In this document: piece by piece, positions 1 to 7,102 of the stretch
How positions within the stretch are numbered: the stretch's first letter is position 1
Layout of the letters: each line of letters begins with the position of its first letter
IMG/VR virus record: IMGVR_UViG_3300037991_002113
Location: 1-45,611 of that record
From: a virus
Taxonomy: Duplodnaviria > Caudoviricetes
Direction: 5' to 3' (one strand)
Length of the DNA: 45,611 bases
Program-made: the position numbers and the translations under genes
The notes under the pieces: generated by a model
Seen by the model: only the letters and a program-made list of their open reading frames with translations
Database searches by the model: none
What the model was told of the DNA's origin: nothing

Positions 1-99
1 AGGAGTCATTCCGCACAGCCTTCGGCACTAAGAGAGTTGAACTCAAGCGATGTAAGTACAGGCTCACCAAGGATGGTAGTCTCTATGGGAATGTACGCA
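1..99. repeat. 99-bp terminal overlap (copy 1), assembly circularisation
   Basis: Bases 1-99 are identical to 45513-45611 and fall mid-ORF; 99 is a common assembler k-mer size. Confidence 0.95.
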
Positions 100-284
100 A
101 GGACTTCGAAGAGTATGATGACATCGAGATCGACGGGGAAGAGTACGTAGTGTATGAACAGAAAGAGTTCAACCCCGGCTCCCCTAAGGAACGTATTGAT
201 GCCCTATGGGATGCAGGTTGGAAACCTACTGATAAGACTAAAGGACATATTAATAAGCTGAAAGAGAGGAAACGGAATGGTTAA
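1..284 (+). CDS. DNA polymerase (family A) N-terminal fragment, 3' end, continued from 44921 across the origin
   Basis: Frame from base 3 reads ESFRTAF...EFNPGSPKERIDALWDAGWKPTDKTKGH...NG-stop(282-284), similar to T7 gp5 FNPSSRDHI...AGWVPT. Confidence 0.9.
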   Translation, partial: ESFRTAFGTKRVELKRCKYRLTKDGSLYGNVRKDFEEYDDIEIDGEEYVVYEQKEFNPGSPKERIDALWDAGWKPTDKTKGHINKLKERKRNG

Positions 285-462
285 TGGTATGTATCTTGAC
301 AATGTGGGCTACTATGGGTACTTCAGAGATGGTCTTGACCGAGGTATGGTATACGAAGAAGGCGGTTGGTGGAGATCAGAGACTCAAGTATCGGCCTTTA
401 ACGCAGAACCCCCTTGCTGTGGGTATGATAGACTTATACTACCTGAGGAGTACTTACTGTGA
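277..462 (+). CDS. small PxEY-tail family protein (ends LILPEEYLL)
   Basis: 61 aa, SD-like GAGG upstream, shared C-terminal motif, GTGA overlap with next ORF. Confidence 0.85.
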   Translation: MVNGMYLDNVGYYGYFRDGLDRGMVYEEGGWWRSETQVSAFNAEPPCCGYDRLILPEEYLL

Positions 463-641
463 GCAAGAAAGGACTGTTCCAAACGAACACCAGCAACAAG
501 AACGTTCACTACCTGTGGGACGGATACACACTTAGGTTTATGGTCACCTCCAGAGGTAAGCATGACTCAAAGTTTGCCTCCACTGAGTACTTTAAAAGAA
601 GAACAAACAAACTTGTGGCACCATTGGAGTACATGACATGA
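459..641 (+). CDS. small PxEY-tail family protein (ends LVAPLEYMT)
   Basis: 60 aa, GTG start overlapping previous stop, GAGGAG SD. Confidence 0.8.
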   Translation: MSKKGLFQTNTSNKNVHYLWDGYTLRFMVTSRGKHDSKFASTEYFKRRTNKLVAPLEYMT

Positions 642-657
642 ACGAAAGGGAATCGCT

Positions 658-852
658 ATGAAAGATGGACTATACAAGAGAGAGATGGTTAGGTACTCCT
701 CGATGTCCTTTGGAGGTGGAAAGCGTTGGAGGCTCTTCGCATTTAGCTGTGGCAGGAAGACGGACCGAGTAACTAACCAGACCCTAAAAGATATTTCACC
801 TATAGTATCAGGTGAAAAGGAACTGAAACTACCATTGGAGTATATGTTATGA
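658..852 (+). CDS. small PxEY-tail family protein (ends LKLPLEYML)
   Basis: 64 aa, N-terminal DGLY motif, shared C-terminal motif. Confidence 0.8.
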   Translation: MKDGLYKREMVRYSSMSFGGGKRWRLFAFSCGRKTDRVTNQTLKDISPIVSGEKELKLPLEYML

Positions 853-871
853 ACGGGAGTGAATGTAAGTA

Positions 872-1066
872 ATGACAGATGTAGTAGTGAAAGAATTTAA
901 GAACAGCAAAGTCACTTATAAGAAAGATGATAGCTATCGACCTGTAGAGATTTGGGTAAATGACGAGTGGGACGGAGAACAAGCCACTGTATGTCTAGGG
1001 CTAAAGGAACTAGTACGTCTGAAGTATTTCTTAGAGGAATGTATCAAGGACTACTGCGATGGGTAA
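872..1066 (+). CDS. hypothetical protein
   Basis: 64 aa ORF, GGAG upstream, overlaps start of polymerase C-fragment; lacks the PxEY tail. Confidence 0.7.
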   Translation: MTDVVVKEFKNSKVTYKKDDSYRPVEIWVNDEWDGEQATVCLGLKELVRLKYFLEECIKDYCDG

Positions 1067-2078
1067 AGACTTAGATCACTTCAAGAGGTACGGATGGAAG
1101 GTGAATGAAACAAACCTTCAGACACTCCCTGAGACAGCCCCTAAGGCAGCACAAGACCTAGCCCAGTGGCTCACCCTAGAAGGTAGGCGTAGCACCCTTG
1201 AGGAGTGGATAGGCTGCTGCTCTGAGGATGATAGTCGTATCCATGGGAAGTTCTGGCACATCGGGGCTTGGACACACCGTATGGCACACACCAACCCTAA
1301 CCAAGCTAACCCACCTTCAGTGTTCCATGAGGAACCTAAGACAGCAGTGGAGCATGTTAAGGCTAAGTATGATGGGAGGTTCCGTAGTCTACTCCATGTA
1401 CCTGAAGGTAGCTACCTAGTAGGGTGTGATGCTGAGGGTATCCAGCTACGTATTCTAGCCCACTACATGAAGTCAGACGAATACGTTAAGGCTATTGTTG
1501 AGGGCTGTAAGAAAGATGAGACTGATATCCATAACGTTAACAAGAGGGCGCTAGGCTCAGTGTGCAAGGACAGAGACACAGCTAAGACTTTCATCTACGC
1601 TTGGCTCCTAGGTGCAGCATCCCCTAAGATTGCTGAGATACTTGAGAGCACCATACCTCAGGCCAAGACTGCTGAGAATAACTTCCTTACTGCACTGCCT
1701 GAGCTACGTAGAGTTAAGAAGGTACTAGTCCCTCGTGATGCTGGACGTGGGTACTTCACTGGTCTCGACGGACGTAAGGTACCATGTAACAGTGAACACC
1801 TGATGTTGTCTGGGTACCTCCAGAATGGTGAGAGTGTAGTGATGAAGAAGGCTACAGTACAGTGGAAGAAGGACTTGAAGGGGGACATGATCAACTATAA
1901 ACTCTGTGATCTGGTGCACGATGAGTGGCAGACACAGGTAGATGGTACCTACGAAGAGGCTGAGCATGTAGGAAAGGTACAGGCTGAGTCACTACGTAAG
2001 GTTGGAGAAGAACTTGGGGTATACTGCCCCTTAGCAGGGAGTTATGACATTGGCAAAAGCTGGCTTGACACCCATTAA
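1059..2078 (+). CDS. DNA polymerase (family A, T7 gp5-like) C-terminal polymerase fragment
   Basis: RIHG...THRMAH.NPN, motif A GCDAEGIQLR, motif B RDTAKTFIYAWLLG, motif C VHDE. Confidence 0.95.
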   Translation: MGKDLDHFKRYGWKVNETNLQTLPETAPKAAQDLAQWLTLEGRRSTLEEWIGCCSEDDSRIHGKFWHIGAWTHRMAHTNPNQANPPSVFHEEPKTAVEHVKAKYDGRFRSLLHVPEGSYLVGCDAEGIQLRILAHYMKSDEYVKAIVEGCKKDETDIHNVNKRALGSVCKDRDTAKTFIYAWLLGAASPKIAEILESTIPQAKTAENNFLTALPELRRVKKVLVPRDAGRGYFTGLDGRKVPCNSEHLMLSGYLQNGESVVMKKATVQWKKDLKGDMINYKLCDLVHDEWQTQVDGTYEEAEHVGKVQAESLRKVGEELGVYCPLAGSYDIGKSWLDTH

Positions 2079-2238
2079 CGGACTGCACTTAGACTGGTCA
2101 GGGGATTACTTCCAAGTCTTATCTGAGGGATGGAGATGGTCCTATTTATTCGATGAGCAGATGGTCCACACAGAGCCTGAATCAATACTTCCTCCAAAAA
2201 GCGGTGGGGTTGTATTACCAGAGGAGTACATGATGTGA
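2044..2238 (+). CDS. small PxEY-tail family protein (ends VVLPEEYMM)
   Basis: NGLHLDWSGD N-terminal motif plus C-terminal motif; start may be TTG 2065. Confidence 0.8.
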   Translation: MTLAKAGLTPINGLHLDWSGDYFQVLSEGWRWSYLFDEQMVHTEPESILPPKSGGVVLPEEYMM

Positions 2239-2450
2239 AGTGTAAGGGACTTGTGAGATACGTAGACCACGAAGGGGATTTGATGTTAACATATGTCTCT
2301 GATGCAGGATGTGGCGACTGGGCTTACCTAGATAGCTCCCCGGATAGTTGGATTGATTGGATGGGGGACACACCTGACTACTTCATCTCAGACGACGGAG
2401 GGGACATCCACAAAAGTACTTTCCTCCTCCCTGAGGAATATTTGCTGTAA
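2235..2450 (+). CDS. small PxEY-tail family protein (ends FLLPEEYLL)
   Basis: 71 aa, GTGA coupling, YVDHEGDL motif. Confidence 0.85.
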   Translation: MKCKGLVRYVDHEGDLMLTYVSDAGCGDWAYLDSSPDSWIDWMGDTPDYFISDDGGDIHKSTFLLPEEYLL

Positions 2451-2457
2451 ATAATAC

Positions 2458-2486
2458 TTGACAAGAGGAGATTAATAAGTTATCTT
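2458..2486 (+). promoter_or_regulatory. sigma70-type promoter
   Basis: TTGACA(2458-2463)-17 nt-TATCTT(2481-2486) in an AT-rich gap before the SSB gene. Confidence 0.7.
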
Positions 2487-2573
2487 AAGGTATAGGGGTT
2501 AAGGTATGATGATTAGAATTACTCCTATACTATGAATTAAACCTAAGTGAAACACTATGGAGATTGTCTAAGT

Positions 2574-3074
2574 ATGGCAACAACTGAACACGTAATCAAA
2601 GGTACATTCTCTTGGGCCAAGGTCTTTGAGTCTAACAAAGATGGTAAGAAATACGATGAGGCTTCTAGTTCTTTCGTAGATGACCCTGATGGTGGTGTCT
2701 ATAAGATTGATGTACACCTTGAACTGGATGAGTTTAAGAAGCTCAAGAAGACTGGCTCTAAGGCTCCTCAATACTCTAAGGAAGATGAATCAGGTCTTGA
2801 TGTCGTAACCTTCAAGCGTCCTCACATCAAGCGTGACCGTAATGGTAACATCCTTGACTGGGCTGGTGGTGCACCTAAGGTAGTCGATGAGTTCGGAGAA
2901 CCTTGGGACCTAGAGAAGAATGGTTGGATCAACAACGGTGCTGAAGGTGAGGTAACTATCTCTGTCTACGGTAAGGCACCTATGGTTGGTACTCGTCTCC
3001 TTGAGGTTAAGGTCTTGCGTAACCCTGAGCGTGAGGATGAGTCAACAACTAAACATGATGAGGTGGCGTTCTAA
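2574..3074 (+). CDS. single-stranded DNA-binding protein (T7 gp2.5-like)
   Basis: Position after pol, acidic C-terminus ending in Phe (EREDESTTKHDEVAF); ATG 2574 with GGAG preferred over GTG 2547. Confidence 0.7.
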   Translation: MATTEHVIKGTFSWAKVFESNKDGKKYDEASSSFVDDPDGGVYKIDVHLELDEFKKLKKTGSKAPQYSKEDESGLDVVTFKRPHIKRDRNGNILDWAGGAPKVVDEFGEPWDLEKNGWINNGAEGEVTISVYGKAPMVGTRLLEVKVLRNPEREDESTTKHDEVAF

Positions 3075-3341
3075 ATGAAATCAATCGACACCCTAGTGGA
3101 AACGTTGAAAGATCATCTATTCATGGAGCGTGTTGAGGTCCTACTCTCTTGGTACCATACAGGACATGAATCGAATGTGGACGGTGTACGTACTTGGGAT
3201 ACACATTGTATGTCTGATGCAGAGATGTTGGTCCTTGAACTGGGCCTAACAGAAGGCCGGGTACATGACGCGGAAGAGGTGCTATCTCTAATTGATTCGG
3301 CGGCTAAACGATATGTAGAAGAGGTGTGTAAACTTGACTAA
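3075..3341 (+). CDS. hypothetical protein
   Basis: 88 aa ORF tightly packed in the operon. Confidence 0.7.
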   Translation: MKSIDTLVETLKDHLFMERVEVLLSWYHTGHESNVDGVRTWDTHCMSDAEMLVLELGLTEGRVHDAEEVLSLIDSAAKRYVEEVCKLD

Positions 3342-4197
3342 AAATCTTTCAACGCTCGTCCCCGATATCTTGGCCGTAGTAGACGGTGAAGGTGGGTGGG
3401 ACGAGGCAATCAACAACTACTGGAAGGAGGCTACAGGGGAAACCTTGTGGTCTCGCCTAGGGGATGAGGCTAAGGAACACAAGAAGGGGACACTACGTAT
3501 GTCCTCCATTGGTCAGCCCTGTGAGCGTAAGCTGTGGTACTCAGTGAACCAATACGAAGACCAAGAGCCTATTCGACCTGAGGCTAAGCTCAAGTTCCTC
3601 TACGGTGACCTACTTGAAGACCTCCTCTTGTCTCTAGCTAAGGCAGCAGGCCACAAGGTCGAGGGACACCAAGACACTATGACCCTAGCTGGTATCAAAG
3701 GACACCGAGATGCAGTCATTGATGGGGTTACAGTGGATGTTAAGTCAGCCTCAAGCTTCTCCTTCAAGAAGTTTAAGGACCACAACCTAGAGCATGACGA
3801 TCCCTTCGGATACCTAACCCAACTGTCTTCATACGTCAAGGCTGCTGAGGATGACCCCTTGGTTGAAGATAAGAAGGGTGGTGCATTCCTAGTCATTGAC
3901 AAACAACATGGTACCCTGTGCCTAGACTACTATGACTTCGAAGAGACTGGGCACCTAGACAACCTAGAGGGTGAGATCGAGTACCGTAAGGGAATGGTTA
4001 AGGAGTCTGACCCACCACCTAAAGGGTTCCCTTCAGTGGCTGATGGTAAGTCTGGTAACCGTAAGCTATGTACTAACTGTAGCTACTGTGACTATAAGAA
4101 GGTCTGTTGGCCTGAGGCTCGTACCTTCATCTACAGTACTGGACCTCGGTACCTGACTGAGGTTAAGAGGGTACCCAATGTACCGGAGGTGACATGA
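3334..4197 (+). CDS. Cas4-like/PD-(D/E)XK exonuclease
   Basis: LRMSSIGQPCERKLWY, GHRD...VDVKS, QLSSY, C-terminal CSYCDYKKVC cysteine cluster. Confidence 0.85.
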   Translation: MTKNLSTLVPDILAVVDGEGGWDEAINNYWKEATGETLWSRLGDEAKEHKKGTLRMSSIGQPCERKLWYSVNQYEDQEPIRPEAKLKFLYGDLLEDLLLSLAKAAGHKVEGHQDTMTLAGIKGHRDAVIDGVTVDVKSASSFSFKKFKDHNLEHDDPFGYLTQLSSYVKAAEDDPLVEDKKGGAFLVIDKQHGTLCLDYYDFEETGHLDNLEGEIEYRKGMVKESDPPPKGFPSVADGKSGNRKLCTNCSYCDYKKVCWPEARTFIYSTGPRYLTEVKRVPNVPEVT

Positions 4198-4688
4198 TCA
4201 AGAAAGAAATCTACGAGACAGAGGAGTTCAAAAGTCTATCAGCTTTCCTCTTGCACCACCAGATCAAGCATGAACGTGTAGGGTCTAGTCTTATCCAAGG
4301 TGTAACACCGGGAGACTACGATATCCTAGTTATGGAGAATGACCATGGTGCAGTGTACGAGTACTTGACTAAGAAGGGTTGGGCAGAGGGTGGTTCAAAG
4401 GTTCCTGACAGTGCGTTCAGGAGTTTCAAGAATGTTTCTCAGTATGAAGCTTTGGTGAAGAAGGTGCCCCATGCCAACGTAATCCTGACAGACAAGGAAG
4501 ACTTCTACGATAAGTTCTCTCAGTCTAATGCTATCTGTGTAGAGGCCCAGCTTAAGAACAAGTACGATCGTATCAAGGTGTATGATTACATGTTTAATCG
4601 TAAGGGGAAGCCTACTGATGATGAGTTCTCTGGGCTGGTACGAGGTGAGAGCTTAGGTTACAGCGAGACTTGGGGTACTCCTTTCTAA
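4194..4688 (+). CDS. putative nucleotidyltransferase (Pol-beta superfamily)
   Basis: VGS-x9-DYDILV signature. Confidence 0.6.
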   Translation: MIKKEIYETEEFKSLSAFLLHHQIKHERVGSSLIQGVTPGDYDILVMENDHGAVYEYLTKKGWAEGGSKVPDSAFRSFKNVSQYEALVKKVPHANVILTDKEDFYDKFSQSNAICVEAQLKNKYDRIKVYDYMFNRKGKPTDDEFSGLVRGESLGYSETWGTPF

Positions 4689-4689
4689 G

Positions 4690-5121
4690 ATGACTAAACA
4701 CAAGACTGGTAAGCAACTGAAGGCTAGGCAGGCAGCACTCAAGTACGGATACAGGTCTGGCCTAGAGAAAGATAACGCCCAACTCCTACGTAAGAAGAAG
4801 GTTAAGTTTACTTACGAGGAGATGAAGATCAAATGGGAGGACTATAAGCTACGGACTTACACACCTGACTTCGTCTTAGAGAATGGTATCATCATTGAGA
4901 CTAAGGGTAGGTTCACAGTAGCTGATAGACGTAAACACCTAGAGATCAAGAAGCAACACCCTGAACTAGATATCAGGTTTGTCTTCACTAACCCTAGGGC
5001 TAAGCTAAGTAAAGCCTCGAAGACAATGTACTTCCAATGGTGTGAGAGACATGGGTTCAAATGGGCAGCTAAGACTATCCCTGATGAATGGATTAACGAG
5101 GAGATTAAAGATGACGATTAA
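4690..5121 (+). CDS. endonuclease I / Holliday junction resolvase (T7 gp3-like)
   Basis: YRSGLE, YTPDF, IETKGRF, HPELDIRFVF. Confidence 0.95.
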   Translation: MTKHKTGKQLKARQAALKYGYRSGLEKDNAQLLRKKKVKFTYEEMKIKWEDYKLRTYTPDFVLENGIIIETKGRFTVADRRKHLEIKKQHPELDIRFVFTNPRAKLSKASKTMYFQWCERHGFKWAAKTIPDEWINEEIKDDD

Positions 5122-5272
5122 ACCTTTTACTGATGAAGAGCGTAAGGCATCCTTGGAGCGAGCCTTGAAGAATGCTGAAGAGAATACTCCCTTCGATGAA
5201 TACGGCAACTACGGGGAGAATAACCCACCTCTCCCTATGTCTAAGGTAGGAGATAAAGAGTATGACAGCTAA
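5111..5272 (+). CDS. hypothetical protein (53 aa)
   Basis: ATG 5111 preceded by GAGGAG; fills the gap between flanking genes. Confidence 0.65.
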   Translation: MTIKPFTDEERKASLERALKNAEENTPFDEYGNYGENNPPLPMSKVGDKEYDS

Positions 5273-6029
5273 GGATATCCTAGTATTTTCATGTGCACAT
5301 GCCGACCCACTGTGTACTAACGAACGGTTCAACTGGCTAGGCTCATACATTCATGACACTAAGCCTGACATGGTGATCGACCTAGGGGATGGTGCAGATA
5401 TGCGTAGCCTTAACTCCTACGATACACGGTACCCTCAGGCTGTAGTCACTCAGTCCTATGAGAAAGACATCGAGTGGTACAATGACAGCCAAGAGCGCCT
5501 CCGACATAAGATCAAGAAGTCTAAGAAGAAGCGTCCAATGTGGGTAGGTCTGGAGGGGAACCATGAGAATCGAATCAAAAAGGCTATCGCAGAAGACCCG
5601 CGTAGGGAGGGACAAACATACGGGATATCCTTCGGACATCTTCAAACAGACAAGTGGTTCGATGAGTACCATGAGTATGAACATTCCGCCCCCGCCATCG
5701 CTTCGTACTGTGGTGTTGACTTTGCTCACTTCTTTAGTAGCGGTAACTACGGCTCACCTACTGCTGGTATTCATCATGCTTATACAGTCATCAACAATCG
5801 CCATAACTCTTCTGTCTGTGGCCACACTCATAAGCGTGATCTGTACTTTAAAGACGGTGCAGGTAGTATGGGCATGGTGGTGGGCTGTTACAAAGGCAAA
5901 CCGGAATCATGGGCAGGGCAAGCGAATCGAGATTGGTGGCAAGGAGTGGTACGAATGAAGGACACTGAGAATGGTATGTTTGAGCCTGAGTTCATTTCTA
6001 TGGAGGCTCTGAAACGTGAGTACTCGTAA
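5262..6029 (+). CDS. calcineurin-like metallophosphoesterase
   Basis: DLGD, GNHE, GHTH motifs. Confidence 0.9.
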   Translation: MTAKDILVFSCAHADPLCTNERFNWLGSYIHDTKPDMVIDLGDGADMRSLNSYDTRYPQAVVTQSYEKDIEWYNDSQERLRHKIKKSKKKRPMWVGLEGNHENRIKKAIAEDPRREGQTYGISFGHLQTDKWFDEYHEYEHSAPAIASYCGVDFAHFFSSGNYGSPTAGIHHAYTVINNRHNSSVCGHTHKRDLYFKDGAGSMGMVVGCYKGKPESWAGQANRDWWQGVVRMKDTENGMFEPEFISMEALKREYS

Positions 6030-6342
6030 GATTGACTGGTACAGACTGCTCCCTTACTACTGGATACAGAACAAACCAACAGACTGGGAGTGGGATGAGT
6101 TTTTAAATACTCTGATGGACAACCATAAAGTAGATGTCCTCTGTGGGTATAGGGCTAAAATAGGGGGTTACACAGTTTGGATTGAAAATTGGCCCTACTC
6201 CTACGGAGACTTTTATGGAAAAGAGGGTAAGTGTGGTAACGGCCTTCCTTCTGTGAAAACTCGTAAGAGACTGAGAAAGATGGTTAAAGAAGCGAAGAAA
6301 TCCCAATTTACCCAGACTTGGAAAGAGAAGGACAATGGATGA
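6016..6342 (+). CDS. hypothetical protein
   Basis: 108 aa, GTG start with GGAGG SD. Confidence 0.7.
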   Translation: MSTRKIDWYRLLPYYWIQNKPTDWEWDEFLNTLMDNHKVDVLCGYRAKIGGYTVWIENWPYSYGDFYGKEGKCGNGLPSVKTRKRLRKMVKEAKKSQFTQTWKEKDNG

Positions 6343-6481
6343 AGAACGTATCGAGCTACTACTAATGTCATACGGACTAACTGAACTACTAGAAATGAAT
6401 GACATAGAAGAAACATTTGTCCTTGAACTTTTAGTGGAACAAGGGTATATTAACTTAAAGGAGTATTTCAGCGATGACTAA
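6335..6481 (+). CDS. small acidic hypothetical protein (48 aa, not in ORF track)
   Basis: MDEERIELLLMSYG...LKEYFSDD; overlaps both neighbours. Confidence 0.65.
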   Translation: MDEERIELLLMSYGLTELLEMNDIEETFVLELLVEQGYINLKEYFSDD

Positions 6482-6941
6482 CTGGGAAGAAGTATTGACA
6501 TATCGAGAGGCTGTAACTGACATGGAGGTTGAGGCAAGTAAGATGGCAAGTGAAACACTAGACCCACCAGTACAACTTGAGTTTGATTTCATGGAAGTAG
6601 ACTACGAGCAACTGACACGAGACACTAAGATGCTCAATGAGTACCAACAGGACATCGAACAGTTCATCATGTGTGAAGGTGACGCACGTCTCCTAGAGAA
6701 TACCCTAGGTATCACAGGTGAGGCTGGTGAAGTATCTGAGAAGATCAAGAAGCATGTACGTGATGGCACCCCACTGGACAAGGATGGAGTTATCAAGGAG
6801 TTAGGTGACGTACTGTTCTACGTAGCAGCCCTAGCCACACACTTAGATGAAGACCTGAGTGAGGTAGCAGCAATCAACATTGAGAAACTACGTGACCGTA
6901 AAGCTCGTGGTGTTATTCAGGGACAAGGAGACAACCGATGA
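6474..6941 (+). CDS. mazG: MazG-like nucleotide pyrophosphohydrolase
   Basis: LGITGEAGEVSEKIKK...ELGDVLFY...NIEKLRDR. Confidence 0.9.
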   Translation: MTNWEEVLTYREAVTDMEVEASKMASETLDPPVQLEFDFMEVDYEQLTRDTKMLNEYQQDIEQFIMCEGDARLLENTLGITGEAGEVSEKIKKHVRDGTPLDKDGVIKELGDVLFYVAALATHLDEDLSEVAAINIEKLRDRKARGVIQGQGDNR

Positions 6942-7102
6942 AGTACCGAATTGTTAAGGGGGCTACTACCGGCGATCTTGAGGCAAACATGAGGGACTTC
7001 TTGGCTGAGGGATGGAAGCCCCATGGGAGTTTGCAGTTAAACGTGAGGGATAACGGGTATGTCCACATGTACCTACAACCAGTGGTAAAGGAAGACAATT
7101 GA
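6938..7102 (+). CDS. small protein, DUF1737-like (54 aa, not in ORF track)
   Basis: MKYRIV...FLAEGWKPHGSL...YLQPVVKE; AAGGAG SD and ATGA overlap. Confidence 0.65.
   Translation: MKYRIVKGATTGDLEANMRDFLAEGWKPHGSLQLNVRDNGYVHMYLQPVVKEDN

Noticed and set aside
284-535. Alternative 83-aa ORF overlapping 277-462 and 459-641
   Set aside because: The competing frames carry the family motif, SDs and stop/start coupling; this one does not
285-1058. Group I intron or intein interrupting the polymerase
   Set aside because: The interval is fully tiled by small coupled ORFs; no intron core, homing endonuclease or intein termini recognised (RT-PCR would be decisive)
3334-4197. Cas4-like gene as evidence of a CRISPR system
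   Set aside because: No repeat-spacer array or other cas genes; stand-alone Cas4-like nucleases are common in phage replication modules
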